Positions 38,389-47,061 of a stretch of 64,000 nucleotides of DNA are shown piece by piece. The translations under genes and the position numbers were made by a program. The stretch comes from Oscillospiraceae bacterium. GTDB taxonomy: Bacteria; Bacillota; Clostridia; Oscillospirales; UBA929. Below the pieces are notes generated by a model that saw only the letters and a list, made by a program, of their open reading frames with translations, ran no database searches and was not told the DNA's origin. The stretch spans positions 9,248 through 73,247 of the forward strand of contig JAIRUW010000003.1 in NCBI GenBank assembly GCA_031254195.1, written 5' to 3'. Each line of letters opens with the position of its first letter. The first letter of the stretch is position 1.

Positions 38389-38517
38389 GGAAAATCTCCC
38401 TCCGCCTGCGGGCGGTATCCCTCTTTCGCGAAAGAGGGAGAGTTTGGAACGCGCCATTCTTTCGTCCTTCCCCCGTTAGTGAAAGGGGGATGTCATCGCA
38501 ATGACAGGGGGATTTTC
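38389..38517. repeat. Mosaic palindromic intergenic repeat, copy C
   Basis: It is collinear with the copy A core over ~129 nt, with the same centre GTTTGGAACGCGCCATTCTTTCGTCC. One sub-hairpin is exchanged (CTCCGCCTGCGGGCGGTA instead of CTGTCACTGCGGTGACA). It sits exactly between the two divergent promoters at 38344-38372 and 38526-38554. Confidence 0.8.
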
Positions 38518-38525
38518 CATAACCC

Positions 38526-38554
38526 TTGCATGAAACCGGTTTCTGTACTATAAT
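38526..38554 (+). promoter_or_regulatory. Sigma-A-type promoter of the CotH-family gene
   Basis: TTGCAT (38526-38531), 17 nt, TATAAT (38549-38554). SD GGAGG lies 8 nt before ATG 38585. Confidence 0.55.
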
Positions 38555-38584
38555 GTTGCGTATTGAGTTTATGGAGGTTTCAAA

Positions 38585-41500
38585 ATGAAAAAAGTCATAT
38601 CATTCATCCTGGCTCTGCTGTTCATCTCCAGCGCTTTGCCCTTGAACGGTACCGGCGGCCTTGCGGCGGGGCCGGCTTCGCCCGTCGTCATCAATCAGGT
38701 CTACGGCGCGGGCACGCCGATGGACGGCGCGATCTCCCACAGCTTTATAGAGCTGTACAACACCTCGGACAGCCCTGTAAGCCTGAACGGTTACTCTATC
38801 CAAACCGTCAACGCTCTGGGTTCGTGGGAAACGCTTGCGCTGACCGGGAAGACGATAGCCGCCAGATCCTCCTTCTTGATCGTCGCCACCAAGTTCGTCA
38901 ATACGGGCGCGACCGTGCAGCCGCGCTATACCATCCCCTCTTGGGATATGGCATGGGACATCGAAATCAGCAACCGGGCGTTCAGCGTGGCGCTGGTTGA
39001 CGGACAGACGGCCCTCAGCGCGGAAATCACGGAAGAAGAGTGGGGCGGTGTGCTGAGCTTTGTGAGCGCGCTGAACACCGCGGGGACAGACGCCGTCAAC
39101 AACTACCAAGGCGCCCATGTGCGTATCTCCAAGCAAGTGGCCGCCCGCCGTATCGGGTTTGCCGACACCGGCGACAACGGCGCCGATTTCGAGGGCCTTG
39201 ACTACAGGGCGTCGGGCATAAGCGACGTGAGGCTTACGCTGGTCCGCCCGCGAGCCAGCGGCGACGGGGCATGGGACAACCCTGCCCTCATCCCCGCGGA
39301 GGAGCAGCTCGCCTTTTCTAAGGAGGCCGGAATGTACGCAAGCGGTTTTTCACTGGAGCTCACGACCGGTTACAGCGACGGGACCATCCGTTACACCACC
39401 AACGGAAGCGCTCCCACATCGGCTTCGGCGGCGTACAGCGGGCCGGTTGCCATCGCGAACAGGACGAGCGAGCGCAATTATTTCGCCAACATCATCCCCG
39501 GCGGCAACGTACCGTACACGCCGCCCACCTCCAATATCTTCAAAGGCACCGTCATCAAGGCGCAGGTGTTTTCCGAAGATGGCGTCCCGCTGACGGAGAT
39601 ATATACCAAATCCTACATCATAGGCGCCCAGTTCCACGGTTTGCCTGTTGTATCCGTGTCCGCCAACGAAGCCGATTTTTTTGACAACGACAGGGGTATC
39701 TATAAGAATCCGCACGAAAGAGGCGCGGACTGGGAGCGTCCCTGCTATATGGAATTTTTCGAGCCGGACGGCTCCCTTGGGTTCTCTCAGAACATGGGCG
39801 TCCGCACCCATGGAGGCATATCGCGCAATTTCCCGCAGAAATCCCTGCGTTTCTACGCGAGAAGCCCTGTCTTGAACTATGACCTCTTCGACGGGGCGGC
39901 GCTCGCGCTGGACGGGACGCCAATCGACACATTCCAGCGTTTCATCACAAGGAGTTTCGGCAATGACGGGGGCGAAAATGCCTACATGCGGGACGCCGTT
40001 GTGCACAGATATTCCCGAGGGCTGAACTTCGCGGTGCAGGACTCCCGTTTTGCCGTTGTGCTGCTGAACGGTGAGTTTTGGGGGCTTTACGAGATACGCG
40101 AGCGGATAGACGAGCACTTTGTCAACAGCAACTATAAGCTCGGCGACTCGAACGCGGCGGTGCTGGAAAACCAGGGGCATGATGAAGCGGCGGACTTCCC
40201 GAAAGATTACGTGCTGTACGGGGAGATGAACGAATGGTTTGCGGATAACCCCGACCTGTCCGACCCGAAGATGTACGCGGAGGCGCAGAGGTTCATCGAC
40301 ATCGACAACGTCATCGACTACTACATCGTGCAAACCTACGCAAACAACCTCGACTGGCCCGCCAACAACGTCGAGATATGGCGCTATCAGACAGAGGGGT
40401 ACCCCGAGGCGGGCACGCCGCTTTCCAGCAAAGACGGCAGGTGGCGCTATATCCTCAAAGACCTTGACCAAACATACGGGCTGTACGGGCAGAATGTAGT
40501 CAATTGGAACCAGTTTACCAGAATGTTCGACACAACGGGCAATCTCCGCTATCCCAACGGGGGCGACGATTTCGCCGCCAAGCCTTGGGCGACCGCGGTT
40601 TTCAGGGCGCTTTGCACCAACGGGGATTTTGTCAAGAAGTTTATCAACCGTTACTGCGATTTGATGAACACCCACATGAAGCCCTCTGTGGTCGAGGCAA
40701 TTGTCAATGATTTCGCGGCACAGATTGCCCCCATCATGTCCATGCAGTATCAGCGGTGGGGCGCGGGCCAATGGTGGGGCGGCGACGTCAGCCGCTGGCG
40801 GAATCAGGTCAATGAGATTAAAGCCTTCAACAACGCGCGCCAAGGCCATGTAATCAGACATATGATCGCGCAGCCGGAGTTTAAGCTGTCCGGCCAGTCG
40901 TCGGTGGCGCTCACGCTAAGGGTCAGCGCCGCGCAAGGCCATATCCGCGTCAACGACATGGATATAACCGCAAAGACGCCGGGCGTGACCAATCCGGGCA
41001 ACTGGAGCGGCAACTATTTCACCGGCACGACGCAGACTCTTACGGCAGTCCCCGCCTCCGGCTATCAGTTTGAAAAATTCATCGTCGGCACTGCCGAACA
41101 CACCCAAAACCCGCTGAACATCCCGATAACGGGCGCAGTGACGGTACAGGCGGTATTCAGTCCGGCGGAAGGGCAGTGGGCGAACCCGTTTGACGACGTA
41201 TCCGCGGACGACTGGTTTTACGACGCGGTGGCCTATGTCTATCAAAACGACATGTTCGCCGGATACACCGACACCACCTTCGCCCCGCTGGCCAGCATGA
41301 CCCGGGCGATGTTTGTCACCGTCATCCATAAAATAGAAGGCCGCCCCGCGCCTGCGGGGACAGCCTCCTTCACCGACATACCTGACGGTATGTGGTATAC
41401 AAACTCGGTGCTGTGGGCGGCGGAGAGCGGCATCGTGGCAGGGTATGACGGCGCTTACCGCCCCGACCGACCGATCACCCGTCAGGAAGCGGCGGTGATG

Positions 41501-41734
41501 CTGGTCTCCTACGCGGAATACAAAGGCTATGAGCTCCCCAAAAACCAAGACATGCCCGCTTTTTCCGACGCCGGCAAGATCGACTGGTGGGCGGAGCGTC
41601 AGGTCAGGGAGCTGAGCGAAGCCGGCGTTATTCCTGCCGCAGACAGTTTCAGGCCGGCCGAAGAAGCCACACGCGCGGAACTGGCGGAGATGTTTATGCT
41701 CTTTCTTAGCCCCGTTTCCATATCTCTGCCATGA
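38585..41734 (+). CDS. Secreted, S-layer-anchored CotH kinase-family protein (signal peptide, lamin-tail domain, CotH domain, Ig-like region, 3 SLH repeats)
   Basis: 1049 aa. Signal peptide MKKVISFILALLFISSALP. LTD ..VVINQVYGAG..FIELYNTSDSPVSLNGYSIQ... CotH core ..YMRDAVVHRYSRGLNFAVQDSRFAVVLLNGEFWGLYEIRERIDEHF..NLDWPANNVEIWR... C-terminal SLH repeats (..FDDVSADDWFYDAVAYV.., ..FTDIPDGMWYTNSVLWA.., ..FSDAGKIDWWAERQVREL..). Confidence 0.85.
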   Translation: MKKVISFILALLFISSALPLNGTGGLAAGPASPVVINQVYGAGTPMDGAISHSFIELYNTSDSPVSLNGYSIQTVNALGSWETLALTGKTIAARSSFLIVATKFVNTGATVQPRYTIPSWDMAWDIEISNRAFSVALVDGQTALSAEITEEEWGGVLSFVSALNTAGTDAVNNYQGAHVRISKQVAARRIGFADTGDNGADFEGLDYRASGISDVRLTLVRPRASGDGAWDNPALIPAEEQLAFSKEAGMYASGFSLELTTGYSDGTIRYTTNGSAPTSASAAYSGPVAIANRTSERNYFANIIPGGNVPYTPPTSNIFKGTVIKAQVFSEDGVPLTEIYTKSYIIGAQFHGLPVVSVSANEADFFDNDRGIYKNPHERGADWERPCYMEFFEPDGSLGFSQNMGVRTHGGISRNFPQKSLRFYARSPVLNYDLFDGAALALDGTPIDTFQRFITRSFGNDGGENAYMRDAVVHRYSRGLNFAVQDSRFAVVLLNGEFWGLYEIRERIDEHFVNSNYKLGDSNAAVLENQGHDEAADFPKDYVLYGEMNEWFADNPDLSDPKMYAEAQRFIDIDNVIDYYIVQTYANNLDWPANNVEIWRYQTEGYPEAGTPLSSKDGRWRYILKDLDQTYGLYGQNVVNWNQFTRMFDTTGNLRYPNGGDDFAAKPWATAVFRALCTNGDFVKKFINRYCDLMNTHMKPSVVEAIVNDFAAQIAPIMSMQYQRWGAGQWWGGDVSRWRNQVNEIKAFNNARQGHVIRHMIAQPEFKLSGQSSVALTLRVSAAQGHIRVNDMDITAKTPGVTNPGNWSGNYFTGTTQTLTAVPASGYQFEKFIVGTAEHTQNPLNIPITGAVTVQAVFSPAEGQWANPFDDVSADDWFYDAVAYVYQNDMFAGYTDTTFAPLASMTRAMFVTVIHKIEGRPAPAGTASFTDIPDGMWYTNSVLWAAESGIVAGYDGAYRPDRPITRQEAAVMLVSYAEYKGYELPKNQDMPAFSDAGKIDWWAERQVRELSEAGVIPAADSFRPAEEATRAELAEMFMLFLSPVSISLP

Positions 41735-42059
41735 TTTCATGGCGTCTTTTGTCGTCGATGCTCATCTGACTGAACTTCCTGCCTTTTTGTCTCATATAGC
41801 CGCTGAAAATGCCCAAGGGTCTAATCATTTTACTGTGGATATATCGTATCAGAAGGGCTGACGCCAACACAGAGAACGCCAGGACGGCTATGATGATAAG
41901 CTCTATATCAGAATAAATCCCCAAAGCCTTTTCAATATTGCCGCCCGCGCGAAGGATCATCCTCATGCCCACAATCCCCGTAATCCCTGACGCAACACAA
42001 TGAATCCCTATCAGCAGCACGCCGATGGCAATTTTTATAGATGTTCTCATTCCTTTCAT
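41706..42059 (-). CDS. Short membrane protein resembling the N-terminal sensor stub of a chemoreceptor or histidine kinase (2 TM segments plus the start of a HAMP-like linker); probable gene remnant
   Basis: 117 aa from ATG 42059 (SD GGAAGGGG). MKGMRTSIKIAIGVLLIGIHCVASGITGIVGM.. and ..LIIIAVLAFSVLASALLIRYIHSKMIRPL.. then stop. No signalling domain follows. It sits in an AT-richer patch, and its 3' end overlaps the CotH gene end by 29 nt. Confidence 0.4.
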   Translation of the reverse strand: MKGMRTSIKIAIGVLLIGIHCVASGITGIVGMRMILRAGGNIEKALGIYSDIELIIIAVLAFSVLASALLIRYIHSKMIRPLGIFSGYMRQKGRKFSQMSIDDKRRHEIMAEIWKRG

Positions 42060-42149
42060 AGCCAACGCCCCTTCCATATGGTCCCCAAACACAGGCTTCC
42101 TATATACAGTATCAGGTACGCAGGTACTGCAAGGTCAAGCCCTTTCTGT

Positions 42150-42193
42150 AAAAAATATAAAAATTTGCCCAGCCTTTGATAAGGCTGGGCAAA
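42150..42193 (-). terminator. Rho-independent terminator of the P-type ATPase gene
   Basis: Minus-sense TTTGCCCAGCC-TTATCAAA-GGCTGGGCAAA followed by TTTTTATATTTTTT. Confidence 0.65.
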
Positions 42194-42266
42194 CTCTATG
42201 CCGCCATGCTACCTTTTTCGGCCAATCCCAGCAAAAAACGCAGAAAAAGGTTATCCACTTGAAGGT

Positions 42267-44807
42267 TTATGTCCCGGTTGTTATCCCTTTACGCTCATAC
42301 CAGATGGAGCGGAACACGCGCGCCAGCAAGGCGGTGGAGGCCAGCAGCAGTACAAACACCAGCTGCCAGAATGTCAGCCCGGCGGTGCGGAACAGCGCGC
42401 CGCCGAAATAGATCAGCACGGTCTGCGCCACCGCCACCAGCCCCATGATGCCGATGAATGGCTTATTGGCGGCAAGGTGGTCGGTCAGGTCTACGCGGTG
42501 CGTGCGCGCCGACAGGCTTTGGAAGATGCCCATAAACATAAACAGCGCGAAAAACGCCGTCATAAACCGCGCCGGGGAGGAAAAGAGCGCCGCCGTAACC
42601 GGGCTTTTGAGAAACCACAGGCAGACCGCGATGGAATACAGCCCGCTCAATATAATCTCGCGCCGCATGTAACCGTTGATAATCGGCTCGTCGCGCCGCT
42701 TGGGCTTTTCCTTCATGTATTCCATCAAGGCCGGTTCGCCGCCGAACGCCAGCCCGGCCAGCGTGTCCATGACCATGTTGATCCAGAGCATCTGGATGAC
42801 GGTGATCGGCGACTCCACCCCAATCAGCGGCGCGATGACCGAAACGCCCAACGCGCAAAAATTTAGGTTGAGCTGGAAAATGATGAATTTGCGGATGGAT
42901 TTGAAGATTGTCCGCCCGTAGCGGATGGCCTTGGCGATGGACAGGAGGTTGTCGTCCAATATCACGATGTCCCCTGCCTCTTTAGCGACCTCCGTGCCGC
43001 TGCCCATCGCAAACCCCACATCGGCGCGTTTCAGCGCGGGCGCGTCGTTTACGCCGTCTCCGGTCATCCCGGCGACCAGCCCCATCCGCTGCGCGATTTT
43101 AATAAGGCGGCTCTTGTCCTTTGGAAGGGCGCGGGCAACGACGCGCAAACGCGGCAGCGCTTCCATAAGCTCCGTATCGCTCATGCGGGCGAGTTCGCTG
43201 GAGGTTAACACCAGCCCGCCGCCATCCAATACATGCGTTTTCCTCGCAATCGCCTGCGCCGTCGCTTTCGCGTCGCCGGTGATCATCACCACCTGTATCC
43301 CGGCGTTTTGAATCTGCTTGACCCCGCCCGCCGCTTCGTAGCGTACATCGTCGCTTACCGCTAATATTCCCAACAGTCGTTCGTTTTCCGCTACCGCTAT
43401 CAGCCGGGCGCCTTCTTCCATTAATTTACTCATATTCTCTTCTATCGTTTTTTGACTATAGTTGGCACATTTTGGCAATATGATTTCCGGCGCTCCTTTT
43501 GCTAAAATTCCTGTGAACTCGCCTGACACTTCGGTTGACATAAATTTATATCTTGAATCAAACGGGATTATTTTTCCCTTGCGCAAACGGTGCGAAATCT
43601 TGTATTTTGCGGCAAACTCCAGCAAGGCGCGGTCGGTGGCGTTTCCGCCCACCGCCCTGCCCTTTGACATGGCGGCGGAGTTGTTGTAAACGATGGCGCG
43701 GTGCATATCTTTTTCCATCCGCGCATCGCCCGCCCTCATCATCCTGCCGTCCGGGCCGATCAAGCCCGTGACCTGCAATTTGCCCTTTGTCAGCGTCCCG
43801 GTTTTGTCGGTAAACAGGATGTTCAGGCTCCCGGCCGTCTCAATGCCCACCAGCTTGCGCACCAGCACTTTATCCTTCAGCATCCGCTTCATGTTGGACG
43901 ACAGCACGACGGTGATCATCATCGGCAGCCCCTCCGGCACCGCCACCACGATGACCGTGACGGCCAATGTCGCGGCGTGCAGCAGCTTTTCCAGCATAAA
44001 GGCGGGGTCTTGCAGTAAACCCAGGATACGGGCGGCGTCAAACCGGTTGTCCAGCAGCAGCACGTTGAACAGATACGCCAACGCCGCCAGAGCCGCGCCG
44101 ATGTATCCAAACCGGCTGATGGTCCCAGCCAGTTGCGAAAGCCGTGTTTTGAGCGGGCTTGCGCCCTTTTCCTCCTGTACCTCACGCGCGATCTGCCCGT
44201 AAACGGTGCCATCCCCCACCGCCGTAACGCGGCAGACCCCTTCCCCCGACACCACAACCGACCCCGCCAGACAGGCCTCCCCGGCGGTCTTGCGCGCTTC
44301 TTTGGTTTCGCCGTTGATGGCCGACTGGTCAAGCTCGACTGTGCCCTCGGCCATCGTCCCGTCGGCGGGCACGCGGTCGCCCGCCTGCAACCGTATCAAA
44401 TCGCCCACGACCACCTCTTCAACGGGCGCCTCCACCGTCCCGCCGCATCGGATAACGCGGCATCTTTGCCGCGACGCCTCCTCCTGAAGCCTGCGGAACG
44501 CCGACTCGCTCCCCTGCTCGCTGAGCGTTGAGATCATCACGGCCAGCAGTACGGCGGCGGCGATCCCGGCTGTCTCGACCCAGTCGGACTTGTTGAACAA
44601 AAACAGCAGGTTGATGGCCAGCGCAATCAGCAGAATCTTAATCATCGGGTCGCCGAAATTCTCAAGCAGGCGTGATAAAAACCCGCGCCGTTTCCTCTCG
44701 GTGACGCGGTTTTCTCCGTATTTCTTGCGCGAAGCGGCGACTTCGGCTTCGGATAAGCCTTTGAACCCCAACAAAACGACCCCCCTTGTCCCACTATATG
44801 CGGACAA
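42267..44807 (-). CDS. Cation-translocating P-type ATPase (Ca2+-ATPase-like, P2 type)
   Basis: 846 aa. ..FTDKTGTLT.. (phosphorylation site), ..MITGD.., ..GMTGDGVNDAPALKRADVG.., and 10 predicted TM segments. The ORF-track start is a TTG with no SD. An alternative TTG at 44774 is preceded by AAGGGGGG, so the 5' end is uncertain. Confidence 0.9.
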   Translation of the reverse strand: MSAYSGTRGVVLLGFKGLSEAEVAASRKKYGENRVTERKRRGFLSRLLENFGDPMIKILLIALAINLLFLFNKSDWVETAGIAAAVLLAVMISTLSEQGSESAFRRLQEEASRQRCRVIRCGGTVEAPVEEVVVGDLIRLQAGDRVPADGTMAEGTVELDQSAINGETKEARKTAGEACLAGSVVVSGEGVCRVTAVGDGTVYGQIAREVQEEKGASPLKTRLSQLAGTISRFGYIGAALAALAYLFNVLLLDNRFDAARILGLLQDPAFMLEKLLHAATLAVTVIVVAVPEGLPMMITVVLSSNMKRMLKDKVLVRKLVGIETAGSLNILFTDKTGTLTKGKLQVTGLIGPDGRMMRAGDARMEKDMHRAIVYNNSAAMSKGRAVGGNATDRALLEFAAKYKISHRLRKGKIIPFDSRYKFMSTEVSGEFTGILAKGAPEIILPKCANYSQKTIEENMSKLMEEGARLIAVAENERLLGILAVSDDVRYEAAGGVKQIQNAGIQVVMITGDAKATAQAIARKTHVLDGGGLVLTSSELARMSDTELMEALPRLRVVARALPKDKSRLIKIAQRMGLVAGMTGDGVNDAPALKRADVGFAMGSGTEVAKEAGDIVILDDNLLSIAKAIRYGRTIFKSIRKFIIFQLNLNFCALGVSVIAPLIGVESPITVIQMLWINMVMDTLAGLAFGGEPALMEYMKEKPKRRDEPIINGYMRREIILSGLYSIAVCLWFLKSPVTAALFSSPARFMTAFFALFMFMGIFQSLSARTHRVDLTDHLAANKPFIGIMGLVAVAQTVLIYFGGALFRTAGLTFWQLVFVLLLASTALLARVFRSIWYERKGITTGT

Positions 44808-44826
44808 GGGGGGAAAAAGGACAGCC

Positions 44827-46086
44827 CTAAATTACTTTCACAACGCCCTGCTTGCGTATACAGATGACAAGGCAGCTGCCCACACCGAAGACGGCTTCCA
44901 TACCGCTTTTATACGCATCGGCCAAATCATCCGGCACATACGCCTGTATCGTCCCCGCGAAACCGCCGCCGTGGACGCGCTGCGCCCCGCGCCCGAAAAG
45001 CAGGCTCTCCGACAGCGCCAGCGCGACGCCCAGCCCTTGCTCTTCCTGCGTGACGACGTTTTGCAGATACATATATGACGACCGCCCCGAATCATTGACA
45101 AGGCGCAAAAACTCCTCAAACTTGCCTGTTTTCAGCGCATCGGCTTGCTGTAAGGCGCGTTCGTTTTCGCAGAGGAAATGGTACGCCCGCAACAGGGCGC
45201 GGCCTGGCAGGCTTGTCATCAGGGAGGGCAGCGCGGCGGTAAACCGTTCCGGCGACACGCCCCGCATGGTGTCAGACCCCAGCGCCCACGCCACCTTGCG
45301 CATCTCCTGCGGTATCGCCGCGTATTCCGGCGTCAGGTCGGCGTGGCTCCCTATCGGGCCTGTGATTATCATCGTATGCCCCGGCAAGTCAAACGGAATC
45401 GTCTCGACACGGGGCTTTTCGGGGTTCTCAAAATCCATCAGCGACAGCCCGCCGACGGCGGACGCCGTTTGGTCCATCAGGCCGGAGGGCTTCTGGATAA
45501 AGATGTTCTCGGCAAAATTCCCTATCCCGGCCAGCGCCGCCGCGTCCATCCCGCCCTGCCCGTATAGATGGCCCAGGATGGTGCCCACAAGGTTTTCAAA
45601 CGCCGCCGACGAAGACAGCCCCGAGCCGGACGGCACGTCGGACTGCGTTACGGCATTGAAGCCGCCGTACGGCAGCATGGCGCGCGCGAAACCCGCGCAG
45701 ACCCCCCGTATCAGGCGGTCGGAGGTGGAACCCCCCTCGTCCGGGCTGAGGGTTTCGATATTGACCGTATTCTTGGAAAACCCGACCGAATGCAGCCGGA
45801 TGGCCGGTTCGTCATTGAGACAAGCCAGCCCCAGCGTATCCAGTCCAATCGCCCCGGCCAGCACCCTCCCGTTGTTGTGGTCGGTGTGGTTGCCGCCGAT
45901 CTCCGTCCGCCCCGGCGAGGAGAAGAGGGACACCTCCGCGCCCCCGTCGCCGAAGTCGTCGGAGAACAGCTCGATCAGCCGCTGTATGCGCCGTTTGGCC
46001 GCAGTCAAATCTTTATACAGCTCCGATAGCGCGGCGTCATACTCGCCCGCTTTCAGTCCATTTCGCAATTCCGATAAGGTTGGCAT
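44827..46086 (-). CDS. galK: Galactokinase-like GHMP sugar kinase
   Basis: 419 aa with SD AGGAGG. ..SPGRTEIGGNHTDHNNGRVLAGAI.. and the GHMP motif ..VPSGSGLSSSAAFE... The substrate is not certain. Confidence 0.75.
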   Translation of the reverse strand: MPTLSELRNGLKAGEYDAALSELYKDLTAAKRRIQRLIELFSDDFGDGGAEVSLFSSPGRTEIGGNHTDHNNGRVLAGAIGLDTLGLACLNDEPAIRLHSVGFSKNTVNIETLSPDEGGSTSDRLIRGVCAGFARAMLPYGGFNAVTQSDVPSGSGLSSSAAFENLVGTILGHLYGQGGMDAAALAGIGNFAENIFIQKPSGLMDQTASAVGGLSLMDFENPEKPRVETIPFDLPGHTMIITGPIGSHADLTPEYAAIPQEMRKVAWALGSDTMRGVSPERFTAALPSLMTSLPGRALLRAYHFLCENERALQQADALKTGKFEEFLRLVNDSGRSSYMYLQNVVTQEEQGLGVALALSESLLFGRGAQRVHGGGFAGTIQAYVPDDLADAYKSGMEAVFGVGSCLVICIRKQGVVKVI

Positions 46087-46128
46087 GGGAAAACCTCCTA
46101 TGTGCAGGGGTGCTTTTTGCGCGTCCCC

Positions 46129-46151
46129 GGGCGATTGAGTATCGCCCCTAC
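46129..46151. repeat. Isolated copy of the GGGCGATTGA(G/T)(T/A)ATCGCCCCTAC hairpin module
   Basis: GGGCGATTGAGTATCGCCCCTAC here versus GGGCGATTGATAATCGCCCCTAC at 38106-38128. The stem is GGGCGAT/ATCGCCC. It is intergenic, between the nucleotidyltransferase stop and the galK-like start. Confidence 0.6.
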
Positions 46152-46161
46152 AGTCATTATA

Positions 46162-47061
46162 TCACCATAACCGTTGCGGGTACATGCCTTTGTCCCGCAG
46201 TTCTTTGATGGCCTGTTCCACGGCGGGCTTGTCGGCTTTGTTGGTCACGCCGAACCAGCGGTCCGGGCTGTCCAGCACGCGTAAGGATACGCGTTTGCTT
46301 TGCAATAGCTCCCCGACAACCCCCGGCAGCAAGAACTCGCCCTTGAGCGGGTCGGCCAGCGACGCGTGAAAGGCCCGGAACCCTTCTTCCAAGTGCCAAA
46401 ACAAACTCGGATGAAACCCGAACATCGTCATCGACACAAGGGTGTCCAGCGGCAGCGGGACCCATGTCTCTCCCCCGTCTTCGGTAAACGCCGCTTCATT
46501 GCCCCTCTTGACAATTGTCTTGCGTTCAATCATCGAGCGCAGGAAGCCGCCCTCTACCTCGCAGACGCCGCGCGACACGCTTCCGTGCTCGGAAAGCGTG
46601 TTGCCAAGATGATAGCCAACCATGGCGTAGCCGTTGGCCGCAGCTTCTTCCGTCAGAAACTTCGCCATCACTTTGAAGGAGCTTTTGCCGTAGAAATCGT
46701 CGGCGTTGATGACGGCAAAGGGCGTGTCAACGGCGTTCCTCGCCGCCAGCACCGCCTGCCCCGTACCCCACGGCTTCTCCCGTCCCTCCGGCGGTACCCG
46801 CCCGTCCGGCAGGTCGTCCAGCTCTTGGAATACATACCGCACGTCGGCCTGTTTGCGCAGGCGTTTGCTGACCGTCTCGTCGAAGTCCTTTTCAATGGCC
46901 TTCTTGATGACGATGATAATTTTTTCAAACCCTGCCGCCAGAGCGTCATATATCGAAAAATCCAGCAGTACCTCGCCCTGCTCCGTGACTGCCTCCATCT
47001 GCTTCAGCCCGCCGAAACGGCTCCCCATCCCGGCCGCCATGACTACCAAAGTTGGTTTCAT
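46162..47061 (-). CDS. Sugar-phosphate nucleotidyltransferase family protein
   Basis: 299 aa. N-terminus MKPTLVVMAAGMGSRFGGLKQ (nucleotide-binding G-rich loop) and ..PWGTGQAVL..INADDFYG... The start overlaps the upstream stop (ATGA). Confidence 0.75.
   Translation of the reverse strand: MKPTLVVMAAGMGSRFGGLKQMEAVTEQGEVLLDFSIYDALAAGFEKIIIVIKKAIEKDFDETVSKRLRKQADVRYVFQELDDLPDGRVPPEGREKPWGTGQAVLAARNAVDTPFAVINADDFYGKSSFKVMAKFLTEEAAANGYAMVGYHLGNTLSEHGSVSRGVCEVEGGFLRSMIERKTIVKRGNEAAFTEDGGETWVPLPLDTLVSMTMFGFHPSLFWHLEEGFRAFHASLADPLKGEFLLPGVVGELLQSKRVSLRVLDSPDRWFGVTNKADKPAVEQAIKELRDKGMYPQRLW

Noticed and set aside
35070-38517. Possibility that the recurring palindromic units form a CRISPR array.
   Set aside because: Copies are 125-200 nt, internally palindromic, in mixed orientation, and separated by kilobases of genes rather than by 30-40-nt unique spacers. 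No cas genes are in the window.
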